Shown here: piece by piece, positions 1 through 7,892 of the stretch
How the letters are laid out: each line of letters starts with the position of its first letter
How positions within the stretch are numbered: position 1 is the first letter of the stretch
Assembly: GCF_006345805.1 (NCBI RefSeq)
Contig: NW_021826402.1
Span: 1 to 12,947 of the forward strand
Direction of reading: 5' to 3'
Origin: Octopus sinensis
Taxonomy: Eukaryota
DNA length: 12,947 nt
The notes under the pieces: model-generated
Told to the model about the DNA's origin: nothing
Database searches by the model: none
What the model saw: the letters and a program-made list of their open reading frames with translations, nothing else
Position numbers and translations under genes: made by a program

Positions 1-213
1 CTACCCACCCCCAAAAAAAACCCATCTGTTTTATATAAATGAGCAAGCTGTTTGTACATTCACAAAATTTGAAGTTCGAGAAAGGAACGAAAGCGCTAAT
101 AATAAAGAACAACTTCAGTACTGATATCAATGTTATCGACTCTCTTCATCAAAACTGCTCGTCTTATTATTAAATTAGAAACAATTATTATTATTATACT
201 GTATTATTAACAT

Positions 214-412
214 GGTGAGCTGGCAGAATCGTTAGCACGACGGACAATAAATGCTTAGCAGCATTTCGTCCATTCTGAGTTCAATTCCGTCGACTTTGCC
301 TTTCTTCCTTTCGGGGTCGATGAATTAAGTACTAGTGAAACACTGGAGTCGATGTAAGCGACTAGTCCTCTCCCACCAAATTTTCAGGCATTTTGCCTTT
401 AGTTGAAAGGAG
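214..412 (+). mobile_element. tRNA-derived SINE, family A (octopus-type), degenerate copy
   Basis: Head GGTGAGCTGGCAGAATCGTTAGCAC, B-box-like GAGTTCAATTCC, core GTCGACTTTGCCTTTC..CCTTTCGGGGTCGAT..AAGTAC. Homologous to copies at 422, 1281, 5965, 6393, 10481 and 11154. Confidence 0.85.
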
Positions 413-421
413 TATTTTATG

Positions 422-599
422 GGCAGGATCGTTAGTACGACGGAAAAATTGCTTAGCGGCATTTCGTCCGTTCTTACGTTCTCAGTTCAAATTCCGCCGC
501 GGTCGACTTCGGCTTTCATCCTATTGGGGGTCGACTTCGGTCAATGTAATTGACATACCCCACTCCATCAAACTTACTGACCTTGTGCCAAAATTTGAA

Positions 600-600
<1 letters not shown>
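422..600 (+). mobile_element. SINE family A copy with internal deletion, followed by a (TTA)n array
   Basis: GGCAGGATCGTTAGTACG..GCTTAGCGGCATTTCGTCC..GTTCAAATTCCGCC, and tail CCTTGTGCCAAAATTTGAAA as in the 5965 copy. Confidence 0.85.
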
Positions 601-650
<50 letters not shown>

Positions 651-682
651 TATTATTATTATTGTTATTATATTATTATTAT
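601..682. repeat. (TTA)n microsatellite
   Basis: Read directly. Confidence 0.98.
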
Positions 683-1243
683 TGAGTGAGAGAGCATTGC
701 ATGCATCAAGTGACACTTGGGTAAATATACGAAGCCCAGTATACTCATCATGACTACCCGTCTGATAAGGGTACACCAGGCACATGCATCACAACCATAT
801 GTGCGCGACATGGTGATCTCATATCAAGATAACCAGCGCATGACATTACAAGTGGGGCCCAGTTAGAATTTTGTTCTGGTTCGAGTAAGCCCATCCCGCT
901 CAAAAGGTCCCTGAATAAGGGTTGTTTAAGGATGTGAATGAAGCGACACACCCCTGAATTCCAAGGGAATGTATTATTCAAACCCAAAAGAATCCCTCTC
1001 AACACATGGCTATGATGCTCCCCCACTACTTCTGCTCGTGATCAGAGATGCACATATCGTCAGCCACTAAGGGACATGCTCAACTGGTTATGGTCAAACA
1101 ACTGACAAGCAAATCTGTGGTATTGAGCAGAATATTTGCTGTAGCCCATCTTTTATACCAAGACAAAACAATGTACATGATAACACTTGCAATCAGTTAA
1201 GATCAGAAGCCATGAGAACCACTACCTGGTACTGCATCAGGGC

Positions 1244-1245
<2 letters not shown>
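683..1245 (-). mobile_element. ~560-bp interspersed non-coding element embedded in a (TTA)n/(TAA)n array; orientation inferred
   Basis: High-complexity block flanked on both sides by TTA arrays (601-682, 1246-1277). Its segment 976-1140 recurs at 4962-5126 (+) and in part at 1952-2088 (-), so it is repetitive. No convincing coding frame. Confidence 0.7.
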
Positions 1246-1277
<32 letters not shown>

Positions 1278-1280
1278 GCA

Positions 1281-1456
1281 GCGGTGAGCTGGCAAAATCG
1301 TTAGCGCGCCGGGCAAAATGTTTAGCGGCATTTTGTCCGTCCTTACGTTCTGAGTTCAAATTCCATCGAGGTTGACTTTTGCTTTTCATTCTCTCGTGGT
1401 CGATAAAGTAAGTACCAGTGAAACAATGGGGTCGATTAAATCGACTAGTCTCCTTC
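1281..1456 (+). mobile_element. SINE family A copy, 3' truncated
   Basis: GCGGTGAGCTGGCAAAATCGTTAGCGCGCCGGGC..TTCTGAGTTCAAATTCC..GTCGATAAAGTAAGTACCAG. Confidence 0.88.
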
Positions 1457-1479
1457 TTGTTATAAAGAAGTTAGAAGAC

Positions 1480-1590
1480 GTATGTGTGTGTGTGTGTGTG
1501 TGTATGTGTGTGTGTTTGTGTGTGTGTGAGTGTGTGTACGTGTACGTGTGTGTACGTGTACGTGTGTGCGTGTTTGTGTGTGACTATGTG
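1480..1590. repeat. (GT)n degenerate microsatellite
   Basis: Read directly. Confidence 0.95.
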
Positions 1591-1792
1591 TTGTCTTATT
1601 AATCAGGTGATGCCTTACAACTATTTCAAGACATCTTTGCATTTCTTCAAAGACTAAAGTCTAGACAAAAATCTAGCTTTTGTAAGGCCTGAGCTAATTA
1701 ATAAAAGAAATATCGACTCTGTATTTATAAGTTATTGAGTACTTCCATTGATTTATGACTTACACTTTCGATGTTCGAGATTTGTAACAGCG

Positions 1793-1951
1793 GTGGCGAG
1801 CTGAGATGATCATTAGAGCATCAGAGAAAAAAAGGAAGAAAAAAAAAACGTTTTGTGGTATTTATTTTGCTTTCTTACATTTTCGAGTTCGATTCCCATC
1901 AAAACCAAATTTGCCTTTCATCTTTTTGGTATTGATGAAATAAAGCACAAG
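1793..1951 (+). mobile_element. Old, highly diverged SINE family A copy
   Basis: GGCGAGCTG..ATCATTAGAGC..GAGTTCGATTCCC..TTTGCCTTTCATCTTTTTGGTATTGATGAAATAAAGCAC. Confidence 0.6.
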
Positions 1952-2157
1952 TTTGCTTGTCATTTGCTTGATCTTAACCACTTGAGCATGTCCCTTGGTG
2001 GCTGACAACATGTACATCTCTGGTCATGAGCAGGAGTAGTGGGAAGCATCATATTCATGTGTTGAGAGGGATTCTTTGGGGTTTGAATAAATGTAACAAA
2101 AGCAAAGTTTGAAAGAAATATCAGCCATTTGTCATACTTTCTAGGGACAAGAAAATA
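1952..2157 (-). mobile_element. Partial inverted copy of the chimeric MITE-like element at 4866-5298
   Basis: Reverse complement aligns to 4893-5099 with about 6 substitutions and 1 indel over ~206 bp (hand count). Confidence 0.85.
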
Positions 2158-2274
2158 CAGACTAGTTGCCTACTCTGAAAATTGATGATTTTGTGTCTAA
2201 ATAAGAAACAAACAATTACACACACATACGCACACACAGCCACACACACACGCACACACACATATTTCTTTTAG

Positions 2275-2488
2275 GCGGTGCAAGACTAATAACCTGGTGT
2301 AGAATTCAATATACGTTTGCTTCAGAACGAAGTATTAGACGAGTAAGAAGAAAAAGCGATGACAAAAGAAAAAGATAGAGAAGCTTTCAACTTCATTAGC
2401 TGACAGCTGTTTCTGCTAGGAGATGCAGTGGACTCACTATTCTTATACAGGAATGCTATTCACAGTGACTTTGAAGTTTCAGCCAGCT
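2275..2488 (-). mobile_element. Short microsatellite-flanked element, possible Penelope-like terminal repeat remnant
   Basis: Minus strand carries GAAACAGCTGTC (GAAA, palindromic stem III, GUC), the 3' half of a minimal hammerhead. The CUGANGA half is not intact. Abuts (TA)n. Confidence 0.35.
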
Positions 2489-2504
2489 ATATATATATAT
2501 ATAT

Positions 2505-2802
2505 AAATCAATAAATGGTGGGGTTGTGTTGACCACACGTGGAGAAATGATAGGCAAGGAAAAATTATAAAAAGGCAGAATGCTAAATTTAAGGAAAATT
2601 TTAATGAAAATGGGTGTATGGAAAAATTTGAAAAATTAATAAAATATATATATATTAATTCATACCGGTTTTCATCACAATGTGACTTTTCAAGAATTGT
2701 AAGGTGAAAAGACAAAAATCTTTTATGTTTGACGAGGGGGAAAAAAGAAAATTACATTGTCTTTTGCAAAAGATATAGAAAAATTAGAAAATATGTCCAC
2801 CG
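2505..2802 (-). mobile_element. (TA)n-flanked element with a degenerate minimal hammerhead-like motif (2657-2698); Penelope-like terminal repeat candidate
   Basis: Minus strand: AATTC TTGAAAA GTCAC ATT GTGAT GAAA ACCGGT AT GAATT. Stem I, stem II and palindromic stem III are present; the core is non-canonical. Confidence 0.4.
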
Positions 2803-2874
2803 ATATATATATATATAAAAGCCCGTCGTATATATGTATATTATATATATATATATATACATACGACGGGCTTT

Positions 2875-2909
<35 letters not shown>

Positions 2910-3019
2910 TATATAATATATATAATATATATATATCGGTGGACATATTTTCTAATTTTTCTATATGTTTTGCAAAAGACAATGTAATTTTCTTTTTTCC
3001 CCCTCGTCAAACATAAAAG
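2720..3019. repeat. Near-perfect 300-bp palindrome (fold-back) centred on (TA)n
   Basis: Arm 2720-2802 versus arm 2937-3019: 83 bp with 1 mismatch. Inner arms AAAAGCCCGTCGTAT (2817-2831) and ATACGACGGGCTTTT (2861-2875). Spacers are (TA)n. Confidence 0.97.
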
Positions 3020-3248
3020 TGTGTGTGTGTGTGTGTGTATGTTTGTGATTGTCTGTGTTTGTCCCCCCCAACATCGCCTGGCAACCGATGCTGGTGTATT
3101 TACGTCACCGTAACTTAGCGGTTCGGCAAAAGAACCCGATAGAATAAGTACTAGGCTTACAAAGAATAAGTCCTGGAGTCGATTCGCTGGACTAAAGGCG
3201 GTGCTCCAGCAAGGCCACAGTCACATGACTGAAACAAGTAAAAGAGTA
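3019..3248 (+). mobile_element. 3' half of a second SINE family (family B, OK-like)
   Basis: (GT)n..TGTGTTTGTCCCCCCAACATCGC..GTAACTTAGCGGTTCGGCAAAAG..GATAGAATAAGTACTAGGC..GGCGGTGCTCCAGCA..GACTGAAACAAGTAAAAGAG. Recognised from memory as an abundant octopus SINE; shares the AATAAGTAC..CTGGRGTCGAT block with family A. Confidence 0.75.
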
Positions 3249-3291
3249 TATATATACATATATGCATACATATATTTATATGTATATATAC

Positions 3292-3323
<32 letters not shown>
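3247..3323. repeat. (TA)n/(TACA) microsatellite
   Basis: Read directly. Confidence 0.95.
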
Positions 3324-3324
<1 letters not shown>

Positions 3325-3520
3325 AGTTAATCCAAAAAGAAAGCACAAAAGAACACAACAACGCGAGGGCGTGGAACAAATATAGTGTTATTGGACGCTC
3401 AGGAAAGAAGGAAAGAAGGAGTTTAAACGTTTCGAGCGGAGCTCTTCGTCGGAAACATAAGAGAATGAAAGATCTAGAGAAGGGAAGACAGAGAAAAAAA
3501 TCGCTAACGGTACACATGCA
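3324..3520 (-). mobile_element. (TA)n-flanked Penelope-like terminal repeat candidate with a minimal hammerhead-like motif (3421-3456)
   Basis: Minus strand: GTTT CCGACGA A GAGC TCC GCTC GAAACGT TT AAAC. Core differs from CUGANGA at U4; stem II GAGC/GCTC; palindromic ACGT stem III; followed by a T-rich tail. Confidence 0.55.
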
Positions 3521-3532
3521 TACATATATTTA

Positions 3533-3588
<56 letters not shown>

Positions 3589-3622
3589 CTATATATATAT
3601 ATGTGTATATATATATTATATA

Positions 3623-3676
<54 letters not shown>

Positions 3677-3681
3677 TGTAT

Positions 3682-3718
<37 letters not shown>

Positions 3719-3770
3719 TTAACGTGCGTACCATGTGTATGTGTGCGTATGTATATACATATATATGTTA
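3521..3770. repeat. Compound (TA)n/(GT)n microsatellite
   Basis: Read directly. Confidence 0.97.
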
Positions 3771-4287
3771 GGGAGAAAATATACATCTGAGTAAAAATAT
3801 CTAGATGCAATGAACTCAACACAATGAAATGGAGTAGTTATATATTTCATTTTAAGCTTAAATTTCATCGATTAGGCTATTAGTTTCCCGCTTTATTGAT
3901 TTTCAGGAATGAATTTGATAAGCGAGACAATTTTACATTTTATATACGATATACAAAAACTATGTGAAGATCTGTTGAATAAGCGCTCTAACAATACAAA
4001 ATATTTTGTTGTATGTGCACGTGTGTGTATGTGATCGTGAGTGTGTGTGCGCGAATGTTTGTGGTATGTGCGCGTGTGTTTTTTCGTTGTGAATCGGGAA
4101 AAGATATAAGCATTGGCGAAAAATTAAAGATAATTTGATGTGTCGATCAAAAAGGCAAATAAGCTTTTTGCTATCTACTCTGTCTGTTGTTGCGCAGACA
4201 TATTCTTCCTCCCCACCACCCTTGTAAAACCCGCCAACGAAAATGGAATGAGCAAGCAATTGACGTCGATGAAAACGTATGCTGTGG

Positions 4288-4311
4288 TTAGGATTAGGAT
4301 TAGGATTAGGG
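4288..4311 (+). repeat. Telomere-like (TTAGGA)3 TTAGGG short array
   Basis: Read directly. Confidence 0.8.
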
Positions 4312-4338
4312 TTGCTGTGGTTTACAAAACATGGCATA

Positions 4339-4418
4339 GGCGAAGACATGGCCGTGTAATTAAGGAGCTAACTTTGTAACCACATGATTTCGGGTTCAGT
4401 CCCACTGCACGGCAACCT
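4339..4418 (+). mobile_element. tRNA-derived SINE head (family B-like), 3' truncated
   Basis: A-box-like TGGCCGTGTAATTAAG and B-box GGGTTCAGTCCC followed by ACTGCACGGCA. Confidence 0.7.
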
Positions 4419-4460
4419 ACGTGAAACCCTGTCTTGTGTGTGTGTGAGTGTGTGTGTGTG

Positions 4461-4682
4461 TCTCTTTCCAAGAAATCTAATGCCTGTGGCTTAGTTTTTC
4501 CTTGGGGCTGGCCTGTTCGGAGCGATATCGAGATTAAACAGCCGAAATTGCTAAGATGATCCGGTTCCGACTGAAGATTAGAGGCTTCGAGTGACCCGTC
4601 TGTTTTTTGTTTTTTTTTTGTGTCGTCTCTTTGTGTGTTTTTGCGTTCTTGTCCCACTTTGTAATTTATATTTTATATTTAA
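4461..4682. mobile_element. Short microsatellite-flanked element of unknown class
   Basis: Complex block between (GT)n and (TA)n, with self-complementary segments and a T-rich tail like that of 3324-3520. Confidence 0.35.
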
Positions 4683-4685
4683 TTT

Positions 4686-4703
4686 CTATACATACATATA
4701 TAT

Positions 4704-4747
<44 letters not shown>

Positions 4748-4770
4748 ATATATAATATATATATATATAT
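4686..4770. repeat. (TA)n microsatellite
   Basis: Read directly. Confidence 0.97.
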
Positions 4771-4865
4771 CAAATATAAAGTATGTTTCAAACCGTCTCA
4801 CTAGTTAGGTCTGCTTTCACCATAAGAACACATCTGTACATCGTTGGATTACACGTTTCAACTTT

Positions 4866-5298
4866 TGTCCTTGGGTAATAACTGTTATTTCCTATTTTCT
4901 TGTCCCTAGAAAGTATGACAAATGGCTGATATTTCTTTCAAACTTTGCTTTTGTTACATTCATTCAAACCCCAAAGAATCATTCTCAACACATGAATATG
5001 ATGCTCCCCACCTACTCTTGCTCATGACCAGAGATGTACATGTTGTCAGCCACCAAGGGACATGCTCAAGTGGTTAAGATCAAGCAACTGACAAGCAAAT
5101 CTGTGGTATTGAGCAGAATATTTGCTATAATGATATTTCTGCTTCTGCAACTGAGCGCTGAATCTGTCTGAACTATAATAGGCCAATTTCAAAATATTGA
5201 TGTCTAGGTCACAAAAGCAAAGTTTGAAGGGAACAGTAGTGATTTCATTTGATTTCTAGATAGAAGCAAATAGGAAATAATACTTACTGACCAAAGAC
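4866..5298. mobile_element. MITE-like element with ~90-bp imperfect terminal inverted repeats, carrying a piece of the 683-1245 element
   Basis: Left arm 4867-4957 (GTCCTTGGGTAATAACTGTTATTTCCTATTT..TTCAAACTTTGCTTTTGTTAC) versus right arm 5208-5298 (GTCACAAAAGCAAAGTTTGAA..AAATAGGAAATAATACTTACTGACCAAAGAC). Interior 4962-5126 is homologous to 976-1140. Confidence 0.7.
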
Positions 5299-5642
5299 TC
5301 CAAAAAGGCAAAAAAAATTTCTTTTAAATTTTGTTACGCAGTGTTCTAGAGATAAACGCTTGTACAACACGAGTGTCACTTTCTGAGTCTCTATGATTAA
5401 TACCCAGTGACAGGTCGAAGCGTGATAACCAATAATTACGTAGTTCTACATCAACGTGTTCGTCTCCTAGAAGGATGCTGTAACAACAGCTAGGGTGTCC
5501 ATTACCCCTAGTGATTTTATAGTTGTTGGATGACCGTTGACTCAACAAGGTTCCTCCGCCCTTTTACTGGTCTTGTTTTCAACCTGTAGTTCTCAACCGG
5601 GCGTCCATATCACCCTTGAACTCATTTGGACCCCGCTTAAAT

Positions 5643-5905
5643 TATGTTAAAACGATAGATTTGATTTTAAATTCGCTCTAGGTGCCAGGTGCTAGCTGGA
5701 AAGTGTAAGATTTTACAGATAAAATTTATCGGCTATAAATTTGTCATATTTCTACAAATTAAAAATATTTTAGTATGTTAAAAGCATGGATTCGATTTTA
5801 AATTCGCCCCAGGTGCTAGTTTGAAGGAAACATCATATAAAATTTTGCTGTTAAAATTATGTGTAATAAATTTATTAAACTTCTACAACGCACAAACTAT
5901 TTTAA
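5643..5905 (+). repeat. Diverged tandem duplication, period ~131 bp
   Basis: TATGTTAAAA..GATTTTAAATTCGC..CCAGGTGCTAG..TTCTACAA..TATTTTA starts at 5643 and again at 5774. Confidence 0.75.
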
Positions 5906-5964
5906 CAATTTTTTATACAATTATTTAAAATATTTACTATTTAGTACTATTCAATTATAAATAA

Positions 5965-6150
5965 GGCGGTGATCTAGAAGAACCGTCAGCACGCCGGACA
6001 AAATGCTTAGCATCATTTCATCTGTCTTTATGTTCTGAGCTCATCCTTTCGGGGCTAATAAAATAAGCACCAGTTGAACACTGGGGTCGATATAATAGAC
6101 TTATCCCTACCCCGAAATTGCTGGCCTTGTGCCAAAATTTGAAATCAATA
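5965..6150 (+). mobile_element. SINE family A copy with internal deletion
   Basis: GGCGGTGATCTAGAAGAACCGTCAGCACGCCGGACAAAATGCTTAGC..CTGGGGTCGAT..CCTTGTGCCAAAATTTGAAA. Possible target-site duplication AATTATAAA (5953-5961 and 6154-6162). Confidence 0.85.
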
Positions 6151-6392
6151 TCTAATTATAAAAGTTTAATAAGGTTATTTGAAACATTGAGTGGCTATGA
6201 AGGTCCACCTCAATAAAATAGGAATCATAGGGGTCCATAGGTAAGAAAATGGTTAGGAACCATCGTAGAGTGTCCTTCTACAATCCCACTCGTTATCAAA
6301 GCAGGTTTGGGTGAGTTGCCGGTTTTTGTTTTGCTGGTCGTAGGGCCTTTTTCAAGTTCCATGAACCAAATCCACTCATAAGGTTTTCGAGC

Positions 6393-6798
6393 AGGCAGAA
6401 ACGTTAGCACGCCGGGCGAAAAGCGTAGCCGTATTTCGTCTGCCGCTACGTTCTGAGTTCAAATTCCGCCGAGGTCGACTTTGCCTTTCATTCTTTCGGG
6501 GTCGACTAAATAAGTACCAGTTACACACTGGGGTCGATACAATCGACTTAATCCGTTTGTCTGTCCTTGTTTGGCCTCTCTGTGTTTAGCCCCTTGTGGG
6601 TAGTAAAGAAATAAGTATTTCGTCTGCTGTTATGTTCTGAGTTCAAATTCCGCCGAGGTCGACTTTACCTTTCATTCTTTCGGGGTCGATTAAATAAGTA
6701 CCAGTTACGCACTGGGGTCGATATAACCGACTTAATCCGTTTGTCTGTCCTTGTTTGTCCCCTCTGTGTTTAGCCCCTTGTGGGCAGTAAAGAAATAG
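6393..6798 (+). mobile_element. SINE family A variant with alternative tail, present as a head-to-tail dimer (184-bp unit)
   Basis: 6431-6614 and 6615-6798 align ungapped with ~12 mismatches (hand count). Tail AATCCGTTTGTCTGTCCTTG..TAGCCCCTTGTGGG.AGTAAAGAAATA. Confidence 0.92.
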
Positions 6799-7230
6799 GT
6801 TAGTCTGGGGATATAGCATAAGACATTCGCCCAGTGTATCATCCATTGCTATTGAACCCAAAGAAACTTCACACCCATACGAAGACGCCTGCGTCTATTT
6901 AAGTAAACTTGATATTTGCTTGGGAGTTGGTCAAGGTGACAACTTCAGGTTCGGAAGAAAAATATCAATAATACGGAGTCTTTGGAAGGAAAAGAAAATC
7001 AATATTCTCCCTGTATTTGGATTATTGATGAAATTAGTGTTGACGCGCCGGTGTAACGATTTCAAATTGCTCCTGCCTCACCTCAGCTCGCAGTAACTTG
7101 AAATTATATTAAAATGATAGATTCGCCCTAGGTGATAGGTGCTAGCTGGGAGGCAACTTAATTTTACTTCATACAATTTTAAGATAACTGCCCCAGAGCA
7201 TTTATTAATTTGTAGATTTCCTTGCCGTAT

Positions 7231-7231
7231 T

Positions 7232-7327
<96 letters not shown>
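7231..7327. repeat. (ATG)n followed by (AAT)n microsatellite
   Basis: Read directly. Confidence 0.98.
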
Positions 7328-7328
7328 C

Positions 7329-7558
7329 GGAGCCATCCACATTAAGAGTGACACCGATAGGCTGTACTTGTCCAGAAGAAAGGCTGGGAGGGGTTTGATC
7401 AGTTACCAGGACTGTATGGAAGTAGAAGGAAACAGCTTATGTTGTTATATATATAAAAAAAAAAATAGATGCGGAGCCATAGCTGAAAACGTTCGAAGAA
7501 GGCCGACGTCATCAAAATTGAAAATTGTGTAATGAGAGAAAAATTTAATCAGGAAATG

Positions 7559-7602
<44 letters not shown>

Positions 7603-7720
7603 GAAAAAAAGTATGGAAAGAACAAAAAAAATGTAAGGTCAGTTTGCAAGAGAAGTGAACGCCAATTCGGATACAGAGTTACCGATGGCTATGGATGAGG
7701 AAGAGAGACCTGAAGATGGA
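7329..7720 (+). pseudogene. Decayed fragment of an R4/Dong-like non-LTR retrotransposon ORF (region C-terminal to reverse transcriptase)
   Basis: Translates as GAIHIKSDTDRLYLSRRKAGRGLISYQDCMEVEGNSL, then after frameshifts and a (CA)n insertion KKM*GQFAREVNANSDTEL/WLWMRKRDLK. These match the HxxSDxDRLYLxRxxGGRGL and MxGQF..WxWxxxxDLK motifs of R4/Dong-type elements. Starts directly after a TAA array. Confidence 0.82.
7559..7600. repeat. (CA)n microsatellite inside the retrotransposon fragment
   Basis: Read directly. Confidence 0.98.
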
Positions 7721-7837
7721 CTGGAGCAACGCGAAATTAAGTGTCATGATGAAGGGCACAACGTGCCGACGAGAATCGAATTCTCGGCCTTGCGACCGTG
7801 AGCTGAATACCCTAACCACTAAACCACGTGCTTTCAC
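7721..7837 (-). mobile_element. tRNA-derived SINE head (family C-like), truncated
   Basis: Minus strand GTGAAAGCACGTGGTTTAGTGGTTAGGGTATTCAGCTCACG..GAATTCGATTCTCG..TTGTGCCCTT; A-box and B-box-like motifs. Confidence 0.78.
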
Positions 7838-7892
7838 TTCAGTTGATCAAACCGATGAACACTCATCGTAGAGAGTGACTGAGATCCATTTA

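Larger units (their letters stand above)
5584..6265. mobile_element. Degenerate non-autonomous hAT (Charlie-like) element with nested SINE
   Basis: Ends CTGTAGTTCTCAACC and GGTTAGGAACCATCG approximate the CAGTGGTTCYCAACC terminal repeat. Recurrent subterminal GTCCA motifs. No target-site duplication recognisable. Confidence 0.5.

Noticed and set aside
2752-2987. Two nearly identical antiparallel 76-aa ORFs
   Set aside because: Automatic consequence of the DNA palindrome, not a gene pair.
393-4804. Poly-I/N/L/Y, YI- and CV/HT-repeat ORFs in the track
   Set aside because: Translations of (TTA)n, (TA)n and (GT)n microsatellites and SINEs; stop-free only because of low complexity.
4840-4862. 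Minus-strand GAAACGTGTA as another hammerhead half
   Set aside because: Too short, and cut by the MITE; no core or stem II to support it.
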